Below are positions 25,920-38,810 of a stretch of DNA of 64,000 nucleotides, one piece after another (the stretch's first letter is position 1; the number at the start of each line of letters is the position of its first letter). The notes under the pieces are model-generated. The model worked only from the letters and a program-made list of their open reading frames with translations. It searched no databases and was not told where the DNA came from. Source of the DNA: Eledone cirrhosa (Eukaryota); assembly GCA_964016885.1 (NCBI GenBank), contig OZ024740.1, forward strand, positions 159,960,001 through 160,024,000, written 5' to 3'. A program made the position numbers and the translations under genes.

Positions 25920-26957
25920 TATGATGCAATAAGTAGCAGCAAGTGCCCACAAAATACTAGCTCCTTCAACTGCGCAGAGGGTTCTATAGAAATAGTGGAC
26001 AGCTTCCGTTACCTGGGTGACAAAATCAGCAGTGGGGGAGGGTGCTCTGAAAGTACAGTAGCTAGAGTCAGAACTGGATGGAAAAAGTTCAGAGAGCTTA
26101 TACCACTATTAGCCGCTAGAGGGTTCTCCCTAAAAATGAAAGGCAGGTTATACGATGCCTGCATACGAACAGCAATGCAGCATGGCAGTGAGACCTGGGC
26201 ATTGTGTGCAGAGGATATACGCAGACTAGAGAGGAACGAAGCTTGCATGCTCCGCTGGATGTGCAATAGTAATATACGTGAACGGCAAAGCATAAACGAA
26301 CTAAGGAAAAAATTAGAAATAAGAGGGATCAGATGTTGTTTACTCGAGAGAAGGCTACGTTGGTACGGTCACGTGATGCGCATGAAAGACGACAGCTGTA
26401 TAACAAAGTGCAGGGCAATATAGATAGACGGTAGCCAGGGAGTAGGCAGACCCAGAAAAACCTGGGACGACATGATAAATTCTGACCTCACACTCTTACA
26501 CCTCTCCAAGACAATGTCACTGGACCGAGACCTTTGGCGGTACTCAGTAATAGAGAAGACCCGCCTTACCTAAATACAAAGTAAAAACCTACTACAGTCA
26601 GTAGGCATCTCTATCAAAACACACCCCCGTCCCACCACCCCCACCCCATCCACACCGCCCCTTTCAATGTAAAGTTATGTTGGTCCCACAAAATCCAGGC
26701 CGAAACAAATGAGATCGTGTAGGTGTCACGACAAAAAAACACACAGTCCACGCTGTAAATGTGGCCGTGTAGGCAACACGGTAAAAACCTCCCAGCCCCA
26801 CACTGTAAATGTGGTTGGTGTTAGGAAGGGCATCCAGCTGTAGAAAACCCGCCAGTCAGTCCTATGCGAGCAAGACAACCACTCTTGCCTCAACTGGGAA
26901 AACCCCCGTCCAAACCCATGCAAGCGTGGAACACGGACGCTAAACCCGACGATGATG
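25920..26957 (+). mobile_element. RTE LINE 3' fragment (family B)
   Basis: [14 protein letters not shown]...HGSETW...[11 protein letters not shown] plus 3'UTR; near-identical to the 40469-41510 copy. Confidence 0.95.
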
Positions 26958-27734
26958 TATATATATATGTATGTATATATATATATATGTATATGTATGT
27001 GTATATATATATATATGTATGTATGTATATATATATGTATGTATATATATATATATGTATGTGCATATATATATATGTATATGTATGTGTATATATATAT
27101 ATATGTATGTGTAAATATATATATATATATGTATGTGTATATATATATATATGTATGTGTATATATATATATATATGTATATATATATGTATATGTATAT
27201 ATATACATATGTATATGTATGTGTATATATGTATATGTATGTGTATATATGTATATGTATGTATATATATGTATTTGTATATATATATATCGTGTATATG
27301 TATATATATATATATGTATATTTATGTGTATATATGTATATGTATGTGTATATATATGTATGTGTATATATATATATGTATGTATATATATATATGTATA
27401 TGTATGTGTATATATATATATATATATGTATGTATATATATGTATATGTATGTGTGTATATGTATGTAGATATATATGTATATGTATGTGTATATATATA
27501 TATGTATGTATATATATATATGTATATATATGTATATATATATATATATGTATATGTATGTGTATATATATATATATATGTATGTATATATATATATATG
27601 TATATGTATGTAGATATATATGTATATGTATGTGTATATATATATATGTATGTATATATATATATGTATATGTATGTATATATGTATATGTAGATGTATG
27701 TGTGTATATATATATATATATGTATATGCATGTG

Positions 27735-28086
27735 TCATCATCGTCATCATTTCATCATTTCATTTTACGTCCGCTTTTTCCCTGCTTGCAAGGGTGGGAC
27801 GGGAACTGATTCTGGCTTGATTTCTACAGCTGGATGCCCTTCCTACCACCAACCTCATTTACAGTGAGTGCTGGGTGCTTTTTTGCTGTGGCACCTGCAC
27901 GACCACTTTACAGTGGAATGATAAGGACCTCAGTCCCTATCATCTCATTTCTACAGCTGAGTAAACTGGAGCAATGTGAAATAAAGTGTCTTGCTCAAGG
28001 AAACAACACATCACCCGGTCTGAGAATTGAACTCACAACCTTTCGATTGCAAGGCCAATGCTCTAACCACTAAGCCATGTGCCTCC
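27735..28086 (-). mobile_element. tRNA-derived SINE (family 1)
   Basis: Reverse-complement homologue of 8223-8614. Confidence 0.9.
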
Positions 28087-28356
28087 ATGTGTGTATATAT
28101 ATATGTATGTATGTGTGTATATATATATATATGTATATGCATGTGTGTATATATATATATGTATGCATGTGTGTATATATATATATGTATGTATATATAT
28201 GTGTGTGCATGTGTGTATATATATATGTATATGTATATTATTTATTGTTGTTGTCGTTATTATTATTGTTGTTATGATTATTATTATTATTATTGTTATT
28301 AATGTATGTGTGTGTGTATATGTGTTTGTGACTGTGTGTGTGTATATATGTGTATG

Positions 28357-28389
<33 letters not shown>

Positions 28390-28581
28390 TTCTTTTCTTT
28401 TTTTTTATTTATTTATTTTTTTTTATTTATTATTATTATTTTTTTTTTTTTCTTTCTCCTCGTGCAATGGCCATACTCGATAACGAGGGGGCAGCCATCA
28501 TGTATATATATGTGTGTATATATATATATGTATGTATATATATGTGTATATATGTATATGTATGTATATATATATGTATAT

Positions 28582-29432
28582 GTATACAAAGATCGGAATT
28601 AAAATATTCCGCAGTTCACAGTAATAATAATTTTTTCTACAATAGGCACAAGGCCAGCAATTATCTCAGTGTATTACTGGTATTTTATTTTATCGAACCC
28701 CGTTAGGATGAAAGCAAAGTTCAGAGTAATAATAATATTAGCTCAAAGAAGAACAGAGAATTTTCATCTGAGCTCAAATACAAATATATTACACAGAGAG
28801 AAGTGTGTTACACAGAGAGATGTGTGTAAAGGATTATTAGATGTGAGTTTAACCGTTACTGTATGGATAACAATACCTACAGGTTAGCAATTAAATAGAA
28901 AAAAGCTAAGTCAGAATCAAATCTCTGAATTAGAGTTTTAAATTACCAACCTTATAACTATAAGCTTGCTGATACGAATGTAGTTCGTTTCTCCACAGAA
29001 ATGTGTGGTGTAATAGCCCACAGGTTCTTCAGTCAGCAAGTATGGGTGTTATTCACGACGCATCTAGCCTAATGGGTAGAGAGAAAGCTAATATGCACGC
29101 TGTCCAGATTGAGGCAAAATCACATGCTATTTGCATCAAATAATGGCTCTCATAGATTGTGGAAAATGCTAGAGAGGGCAGCCCAACCATTCGAATTTAT
29201 TAGCTCAACAAACTGGAGCTCATTAAATATACAAAGATTGGAATTAAAGTATTCCGCAGTTCACAGTAATAATAATATTAGCTCAAAGAAGAACAGAGAA
29301 TTTTCATCTGAGCTCAAATGCAAATATATTACACAGAGAGAAGTGTGTAAAGGATTATTACATGTGAGTTTAACCGTTACTGTATGGAGAACAATACCTA
29401 CTGAGCTAATATTATTATTACTGTGAACTACG
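28582..29432 (-). mobile_element. Non-coding hammerhead-containing element (partial tandem plus short inverted end), interrupted by a SINE-2 fragment (28625-28721)
   Basis: 28582-28880 is repeated at 29228-29401; 29402-29430 is an inverted copy of its end. Confidence 0.8.
28965..29040 (-). ncRNA. Type I hammerhead ribozyme with full stem III
   Basis: CTTGCTGA-CTGAAGA-[stem II region]-GAAA-CGAA CTACA TTCG-TA-TCAGCAAG; 8-bp perfect stem I, GUA cleavage triplet. Confidence 0.85.
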
Positions 29433-32400
29433 AGATTGGCAGGTGAGAGTCAATTCACAGAACAGAAGGGAGGATATACCTTCTATTGGAGTGGTGGAGC
29501 AGAGGGTTGTAGGGGTCGCATTTGCAGTCAGGGAAGGAATCGTCTCAAAGCTGGAAAATCTTCCTTGTGGATTTAATCAATGGATAATGTCTGATTCAAA
29601 ACCGCTTTGTAACTCTGGTCAGTGTGTATGCTCCTACTATGTGTGCTAGTGATGATGAAAAACTAAGTTTATACATGTCTTTGAGAGAGGACATCCATGG
29701 TATACTTTATGCAGACAAGATTATCATCCTTGGTGATTTTAATGCATGTGTTGGTAATGACTGGGAAGCTTGGAGTGTGATGGGAAAGCATGGAGTAGGT
29801 AAGTGCAATAACAATAGCCTACTTCTGTTGCAGATGTGCACTGAGATGGATATTGTTGGGAACACGCTCTATCAGCAGAAAGACAAATATAAGACAACTT
29901 GGATGCATCCAGGTTCCAAGAAGTGGCACCTTATTGACTTCGTTCTAACGGGAAAACGTGATATCAGGGATATCACATTGGTTCGTGTATTGCGAGGCGC
30001 GGAATGTTGGACTGATCATCGTCTGGTGCGCGCCAAGTTTTAATTTGTTGTGAAGCCCAAAGTATGGGGGAAGAAGGTTGCACTTCCAAAACAACTAAAC
30101 GTGGCTCATCTGAAAACAGAGAAAGTCAGAGCTGAGCTGTCGAGGTCCTTTGAGTCCATGGAATGTGAAAACACTTGGGAATCATTGAAGAAAACCACCT
30201 ATGATGTTAGTGCTGGAGTTTTGGGTCATACCTATAGAAAGCATAAAGACTGGTTCGATGAAAATGATCCAGTGATCGAGACTTAGCTTGAAGAGAAACA
30301 AAAAGTGCTGACATTATTGTTGTGTGAGACACATTCTGACGGGAGTGACCGGACCTTCAGGCAGATCAAAGCATGTGTGCAGCATCGATTGAGAGCCATG
30401 CAGGATACCTGGTGGAGCCAAAAGGTTGATGAAATCCAGAAGGCATCAGATAGACATGTTACAAAGCTCCTATACAGTCTGCTCAGGGAGGTGTATGGTC
30501 CGACCGGTTCACAAATATCACCACTTCGCTCCAGGGACGGCAAGGAATTGCTCAGAGATCCAAAGGAAATCCTGATCAGGTGGCATGACCACTTTGATGA
30601 GCTTCTCAACAGACCATCAGAAATTGATGATGTGTTCATCCGGTCGATTCCATCTAGACCTACAAAGCTGGCAATGGCTGATCCTCCTTTATTTGATGAG
30701 GTGGCAAAGGCCATTGCCAAATTAAACAGTGGCAAGTCACCTAGAATGGATGGACTGAGTGCCGAGATTTTGCAAGTGTGCTGGTGATAACCCTTAAACC
30801 ACCTCACTGATCTCTTTGTTAATGTTTGGAATGAAGATGTGCCACAGGATTGAAAAGATGCATCGATGGTGGTACTTTACAAAGGGAAGGAAGCCAAAGA
30901 TGACTGTGGCAACTACATAGGTATTTCCCTGCTATCTGTGGCTGGGAAGATCTTGTGCAGGATATTGTTGGACAGATTGATACAGCACATTGCTGTTGAA
31001 GTACTTCCTGAGTCCCAATGTGGCTTTAGGAATGGCCAAACAACTTCAAGAGAAATGCATTGAGCAGCGGATGGACTTATACCAAGTTTTTGTCGATCTG
31101 ACAAAGGCTTTGTGGGTTATTTTAGAGAGATTGGGCTGTCCTGAAAAGTTTGTGAACATTCTGAAACTCTTCCACGATGACATGCAAGCATGGGTGAATG
31201 TTGGAGGTAAACTGTCTGAGCCAATCTCTGTTGAAAATGGTGTCAAGCAGGGTGATATACCTGCACCAACTTTGTTTGACTTGTATTTCGCGATGGTGTT
31301 CTTCATGGCCTTCAGGGATTGTCAACACGGTATCTATCTCAGATATCACACTTCCAGCAAGCTGTTTAACCTTAGGTGCCTCACTGCCAACACTAAGGTA
31401 TTGAGTACTTTGATCAGAGAATTTTTATATGCAGATGATTGTGATCTCTTTGCACACTCCCAGAGTGACATGCAACAACTTATGGATTCTTTTTCCAATG
31501 TGTGCAATGCTTTGGGACTGACAATCAGTCTGAAGAAGACTGTTGTCATGAACCAGCCTGCTCCGGATAAAGTTTCAATGAACCCTCCATACACGTATAC
31601 GGTCAAAAGCTGAAGGTTGCTGACACATTTGTGTATTTGGGGAGTACTCTGAGTGTGACCTGCTCTCTAGATGCAGAAGTTAGTCTACGTGTTAGTAAGG
31701 CAAGTGAGTCATTTGGAAGGCCAACGACTGTCTTTGGTGCAGGTGAGGAATCACAACGTGGACATGGTGAGAGTGTATGCTGCATGTATACTGTCAGCTT
31801 TTCTGTATGCATGTGAGACATGGGTTGCCTACAAATGGCATATCCACAGACTGGAACGGTTTCACCAGCAGTGTCTCAGAAAGATGCTCGTTATCAAGTG
31901 GCAGATGCATGTGAGAGATGTTGAGGCCCTTGAGAGAAGTGAGTGTCGGAGCATTGAGAGTATCATCCACCAACGGCATTTGCGATGGACCGGACACCTC
32001 TGCAGAATGGAGGATGATCGAATCCCCAAACAACTCTTGTATCGTGAGCTTTGTGAGGGTAAGAGACAACCTCACAAACCAAAGCTCCGATTCAAGGTTT
32101 GTGTAAAGAACTCATTGAAAAAAAACTGGTTTGATGATGGCTGACTGGGAGATAGAAGGTCTTGAAAGAGAAACTTGGCGTGGAATCGTGAATGATGGGG
32201 TACATAATTTTGAGGACAGACGCATAGAGCACGAGAAGATCAAGTGGGATGTGCATAAGAAATGCCCTGGTGTATCTCTGGAAACGATCGGTGTCTCCAT
32301 TGAATTGAAGTGCCCTGAGTGTGCAAACATTTGCTTGAGCAAATCTGGTCTCAGGAGCCACAGTCGCAGCCATGTTCAAAGAGAACCAGTGAACTATGAT

Positions 32401-32575
32401 CTCCACGGTATTGAGAGGGTTCATGGACAACCTGATGCAGGACCTCAAGCCAAGGAGACCCATAGTTGTCGTCAGTGTGTGAAGTGTCTAGCAGTCTTGA
32501 AAAGCCATATCCGAGCGTCCCACATCTGAATCTGACAGGCGATTGCAATACTCTTGGAAGAGTTTGCAGCCATCA
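29433..32575 (+). mobile_element. RTE (BovB-like) LINE, near full length, degraded
   Basis: APE (YAPT, LGDFNA, HLIDFV, TDHRLV), RT (GISLLS, GVKQGD, LYADDC, YLGS, RWTGHLCRM), C-terminal C2H2-like fingers; many stops and frameshifts. Confidence 0.95.
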
Positions 32576-32610
32576 TATATATATGTATGTATATGTATAT
32601 ATGTATGTCA

Positions 32611-32690
32611 GATCACCAGTTGGTGCTACTGGTAACATGTATTCCAGTACAACCTGTCCCATGGTCGGGTCGTTGGTGACTAAACTGGCA
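32611..32690 (+). ncRNA. Degenerate HDV-like ribozyme candidate
   Basis: P1 GATCA/TGGTC, J1/2 hairpin CCAGT..ACTGG, P2 CCAGT/ACTGG, GG after P1', short P4, J4/2 CTAA. P3 does not pair well. Confidence 0.4.
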
Positions 32691-33175
32691 ACACCACCAA
32701 GGTTTCTTGGTGAGGAGGGTGACTTTGGACATCCTGCAGGACTAAAAACAAAACCTGTCAAAGGGCAAAGGAACTCTTAAGAGTCAATGGCCATCCAAAA
32801 TCACCGGGAGAGATGACCCCTTAGCCTTTGTCAAGGAAGAATTCTAGATGGAAAACTCTGATATAACACCTGCAACCCTGATGGTATCCAATGATGTTGA
32901 CTTGTTCTTCTTTTTGGTAAATATCATCTTGGTTAAGAGAGTTGGACTGGCTTTGTGCAGTGCCTTTGCTCACTATAAAAGCTTCACGGCACAGGCATTG
33001 CTTTATATCTGGAGATCTCTCTGCACAATAATTGTCACAAGTGTAGTGTTTGTACCAGAGTTTTCAAGTCACTGGCTGGACTAAAAAGTCACACTCATTC
33101 AGCGGATCGGTAGGGGTTCTCCTACATCGATATAAAGTAGTGGCCGTACTCGAAAACGAGTTGGCAGCCACCATA
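32611..33175 (+). mobile_element. Bipartite non-autonomous RTE derivative (5'UTR plus 3' end)
   Basis: RTE-like 5'UTR motifs; 3' part encodes [17 protein letters not shown] and ends ACTCGAAAACGAGTTGGCAGCCACCATA, like the end of 29433-32575. Confidence 0.6.
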
Positions 33176-33242
33176 TGTTTATATGTATGTAAAAGACTAT
33201 TTGAGTTTATAACTCTATATATAATATGTATGTATATATATG

Positions 33243-33303
<61 letters not shown>

Positions 33304-33316
33304 GTATATATATATG

Positions 33317-33407
<91 letters not shown>

Positions 33408-33410
33408 ATA

Positions 33411-34261
33411 TAGGGTGCGGACGATACTTGTTCGCAAGATTACTGTCTAAGAAAAAATAACTCAGTAGTTTTATTTTTTAAGATCTATTTATCAAACTTG
33501 TGTCAGTTTGTCTTCATGACTTGTTCTTTCGATCTCACTCGATAAACCCGCCATTGGCTTTGATGACGGCCTCAGAACCGGCTACAGGCCTTCGTCACAG
33601 TTCCCCGACTTAAGCCCCTAAATCGTCTTTTGTATTGCAGCTAGATCTGTTGGTGTCTCGTTCCACTGCGCCCCACACAAAGAAGTCGAGGGGGTTGCAG
33701 TCAGGCGAGCTGGGAGGCCAGATGTCAGGTGAAGTGTGGTTGACGAAGTTCTCTGACAGCCAGGCTTGGGTCTTTTGGCTGGTATGGCAGGGCGCTGAGT
33801 CTTGCTGCCACATGTAGGCCAACCTGCAGCTACCTGGTCGATCCAGGGCTTTATTAACTCGCTCACAAAGCGGATGTAGCCATCGGTGTTCAGCTTGAGG
33901 CACTCAGAGAAGAAGTGAGGTGGCATAACGTTACCTTGACTGCTGACGACACCTAAGACCAATGTTGTCGCTGGAAACTTTGCATCACTCTGGGCACGTC
34001 TTTGGATGAGACAGCGAGCCATCTGTTGTTCTGGGAGTTGATCTGCTGGTCTTATTTTTCCTCCCGGCGCGGATTCCAAGAAGAACTCTGTGTCTCTTCC
34101 AGAAATTTGGAGGTTCAAAGTTATTCATAATCAATTATTCTGAAAATAAATAATGGAAATATAGTCACTGTTTTTATTAAGACAAGAGTGACAGCGGAAG
34201 TAAAAAAAATTTGCATAAAATTAGCAGTTGAAAATTATGAACAAATATCATCCGCACCCTG
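33411..34261 (-). mobile_element. maT (DD37D) transposon, internally deleted
   Basis: TIRs AGGGTGCGGA.GATA.TTGTTC at both ends with TA flanks; WQQDSAPCH...WPPSSPDCNPLD with exactly 37 aa between the Ds. Confidence 0.93.
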
Positions 34262-34340
34262 TATATATATATGTATGTATATATATATATATATATATGG
34301 GTATATATTTATATATGTATGTATATATTCATGCATATAT

Positions 34341-34373
<33 letters not shown>

Positions 34374-34485
34374 GGTATATACATATGTTTATACATACAT
34401 ATGTATATATACATATGTATATATGTGTATATATATATGTATGTATATATATATGTATATATATATGTGTATATATATATATATG

Positions 34486-34525
<40 letters not shown>

Positions 34526-35128
34526 TGTATATATATATGTATATATATATATGTGTATATATATATGTATATATATATATATGTGTATATATATATATAA
34601 TGTGTATATATATATGTATATATATATATATGTGTATATATATATATATGTGTATATATATATATGTGTATATATATATATATGTGTATATATGTGTGTG
34701 CATATATATATATATGTGTGTGTATATATATATATGTGTATATATATGTGTATATATATATATATGTATATATGTATATGTATGTATATGTATATATATG
34801 TATATGTATGTATATGTATATATATGTATATATGTGTATATATGTATATATATATGTATATATATGTATATGTGTATATATGTATATATATATGTATATA
34901 TATGTATATGTATATATACGTATATATATGTATATATATGTGTATATATGTATATATATATGTATATATATGTATATGTATATATACGTATATATATGTA
35001 TATATGTATATATGTGTATATATGTATATATATATATATATATGTATATATATGTATATATATGTATATATGTATATATATGTATATATATGTATATATA
35101 TATATGTATATGTATATGTATATGTATT

Positions 35129-35786
35129 TGTATAACAAAGTGCAGGGCAATAAAGATAGATGGTAGCCACGGAGTAGGCAGACCCAGGAAAACCTGGGAC
35201 GAGCTGATAAATTCTGACCTCACACACTTAGACCTCTCCAAGACAATGTCACTGGACCGAGACCTTTGGCGGTACTCAGTAACAGAGAAGACCCGCCTCA
35301 CCTAAATACAAAGTAAAACCTACTAGTCAGTAGGCATCTCTAACAAAATACACCCCCGTCCCACCCCATCCACACCGCCCCCTTCAATGCAAAGTTATGT
35401 TGGTGCCACAACATCCAGGCCGAAACAAACGAGATCGTGTAGGTGTCACGACAAAAAAACACACAGTCCACGCTGTAATGTGACCATGTAGGCAACACGG
35501 TAAAAACCTCCCAGTCCCACGCTGTAAATGTGGTTGGTGTTAGGAAGGGCATCCAGCTGTAGAAAACACGCCAGACAGTCCACGCTGTAATGTGGCCGTG
35601 TAGGCAACACGGTAAAAACCTTCCAGCCCCACACTGCAAATGTGGTTGGTGTTAGGAAGGGCAACCAGCTGTAGAAAACCCGCCAGACAGTCCTATGCAA
35701 GCAAGACAACCACTCTTGCCTCAAGTGGGAAAACCCCCGTCCAAACCCATGCAAGCGTGGAACAGGGACGTTAAACGATGATGATG
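35129..35786 (+). mobile_element. RTE family B 3' fragment with a ~110-bp tandem duplication in the 3'UTR
   Basis: [22 protein letters not shown]...; the ACAGTCCACGCTGTAATGTG block occurs at about 35463 and 35575. Confidence 0.92.
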
Positions 35787-36152
35787 TATACATATGTATA
35801 TGTATACATATGTATATGCATATATATGTATATATATATGTATATATATATGTATATATATATGTATATATATATATGTATATATATGTATATGTATGTA
35901 TATGTATGTATATGTATGTATATGTATATATATGTATATGTATGTATATGTATATATATATATATATATGAACACATATATATACACACACAAGCATTTA
36001 GTGTGGACTTTCTTGTGTGTGTATGCGGTTGTGTGAGAATGTACGTGTGCCTGCTTCAAGGAGATACACGGTCAAGATTTAGCTTGCTTGTACCCATGTG
36101 TACATATGACCGTGAGAGATTTTGTGTGTGTGTGTGATAGTTTATGCCTGCC

Positions 36153-36259
<107 letters not shown>

Positions 36260-37798
36260 CTAGAATATATGTGGTGAACCATTTACACAAATATTGTCAA
36301 TTTAAAGATTATTAAAAGACATAAAAACTAACACCCAAAGAAAATTATAGCAGATGTTCCCATATCCAGGAGACAATTTAATATGTCAAATAAGCATATC
36401 AATAAATCAATATTTTATTTTTTATCAATTAATTCCAACTGAGATTTAATCAATATTTTTACACTAGAATGACAGTAATGTGTTTCTGATTAGCAGCCTA
36501 TGTCTAATAAGAATCTGAAATGTCTTTGAGTGTATATTTGTGTGTATGTGTATAATTGCTGTCAAAATTCATTAATGTATGTCTCAGCATGTGTGTATGT
36601 ATATAAGTATATGTGTGTGTGTAATAGCTGTCAGAATCATTGCTCTAAGTGTGCGTGTGTGTGTGTGTGTATGCATCAGTGTGTATGCATATATGTATAT
36701 ACATTAAACAGGAATAAAAAGTAATGAAACTAAATAAACAAATCAAACAATAATGTTGTATTTTCTCATTGTTAGTCTATATTCACAGAATATACATACA
36801 TTGTACATGTATCTATAAACTAGTGTATTCATACTGTCAATAATGGCAGCTATAGCTTTAAATGTATTTACTTTTTGGAATCTAGGACTGGTATGCCATA
36901 TACACCAGGATTACTAGATATATGAAAAATCATACTGGAAAATTTATGCTTTGATAAATTAATAGTAGGCATAAAAGAAACCATATAGTTTATGTTGATT
37001 ACTAGCCTGTGGAAGTGATTAAAAATGACAATATTCATATTATAATAATATATTTCTAGGATATAACTATAAAAATGATCAGCATATATGTACAAATGAC
37101 ATAGAGAAGAAAATTTGGATAAATAACTATAGGGATAAATGTAGAGTTAGAACCAGAACTTTGTGATTGGAAAGCAAACTTCTTATCGTTACATGACAGA
37201 AATAAGAAATGTATTCACACACACATATATAAGTAAGTATATAACTCTATTAACAAAGACTGCTGGTATAAATACAGCGTCCTTCGGCCAGCGTCTAGCA
37301 CACTCAACAAATCTAGTGAATTGCAGTTATGCAGCTGCAATCACCTGTTCAGAGTGCACACATTTAGTCTTACTGTAGGGTGTTGGCTGTGTTTTTGTTA
37401 AAATTATATATATAAGTAAATATATATGAGTAAATATACAAAATTATATATATAAGTAAATATACAAAATTATATACTTAAGTAAATATACAAACTTCAT
37501 CATGTAACATAGTTTATTATATAAAATTAAGTTTTAATTTAAAAAAAATACTTCAAAACAAAGGATTCAGGTTGGATTGTATGAATAGGATTAATGAGTT
37601 AGTTAACTTTACAGCAGGTTGAAAGAAGTGGAGCACAATCTTTCAGTGAATGACTTTTATGTATCTCAGTTTTTCAAAATAAATAATAGAAATTACCATT
37701 CATTTTGGCTTTTGCACACATGATAAAAATATTTGTCATACATATGCACAAACTAATTTCAACAGAAACACAATTTTTCCATGGTAGCCATTCTATTC

Positions 37799-38048
37799 CT
37801 TAACCCTAAACACAAAACACAACTCTAAACCCTAACACCTAACTCTAAACTCTAACCCCAAAGTCTAGCACTTAATCCTAACCTCTAACACTAAAGCCAA
37901 CCCTAACTCTAAAGCTAAACTCTCAGTCTAAACCTTAAGTCTAAACATTAACAAAACACTAACACCTAACCTTAATCAACACCCATAAATCCCAACCTTA
38001 ACACTAAATCTCAACATTCCCTCTAAAACTTAAATCTTAACCTAACTC
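37799..38048. repeat. Degenerate (CCCTAA)n-like repeat
   Basis: AACCCTAA/AACTCTAA variants in tandem. Confidence 0.75.
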
Positions 38049-38156
38049 TGATTGAAGCTCTAATCAAAGATACTTATTATAAATAATTGTCAGATCGTAA
38101 AGAGACGTAACTAGCTGGAAAGCATGGCATCCGACCCTCTACCGATACTTATTATA

Positions 38157-38345
38157 AATAATTGTTTCTACTTTTGGCACAAGGCCAGCAATTACCCAGA
38201 GCATTACTGGTACTTTATTTTATCGACCCCGTAAGGATGAAAGGCAAAGTTAACCTCGACGGGATTTGAACTCACAATGGCAAGGGCCGTAACTCTATAT
38301 GTCAAAGCATGGCATCCGACCCTCTACCGATACTGCCAATCCACC
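38157..38345 (-). mobile_element. tRNA-derived SINE (family 2), with partial duplicate at 38095-38148
   Basis: Same sequence as 22341-22526. Confidence 0.82.
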
Positions 38346-38664
38346 TATAAATAATATAAGCACATGTGCAAAAAGAAAAATGCATTGTAGAATAATGTTG
38401 TAACTGTCTCATTTTGTAGAATAATTTTAAATGTAAAATAACATTAGAAATTTCATTCACAAATTTCTACTTGTACCCATTTTATTAAAGTGCTACAGAT
38501 AATTGATTGTTCCATTATTAACAATATAATATCTTGTTACAATGGTCTTTAATAATTTCTTCATTGCATTGTAATATTGTTTTCTTAGTGGGTCATTAAT
38601 AATATGGAGACAGTCAGTGCATGATAATGGGCTGATTTGTTGATTTAATCTTCACAAAAGTTTG

Positions 38665-38810
38665 AGTGCATGGCTTAATGGTTAGAATGTTGGGTTCACA
38701 TTCATGTGATTGTGAGTTCAATTCCTGCACTGAGAAGTGCGTTGTGTCCTTGAGCAAACACTTTATTTTACATTGTTCCAGTTTACTTAGCTGGAAAAAT
38801 GTGTTGCGAC
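38665..38810 (+). mobile_element. Older tRNA-SINE head plus core (family 1-related)
   Basis: TGGCTTAATGG...GAGTTCAATTCC...TGTCCTTGAGCAAACACTTTATTT. Confidence 0.7.

Noticed and set aside
25086-25969. Antisense ORFs over the RTE
   Set aside because: Shadow frames of the LINE plus microsatellite.
1126-36059. Many YIYI/MYVC-rich ORFs up to 330 aa
   Set aside because: Translations of (TA)n/(TATG)n microsatellites, which lack stop codons.
37220-37420. Weak inverted repeat/MITE candidate
   Set aside because: Arms too degenerate and AT-rich to support a call.
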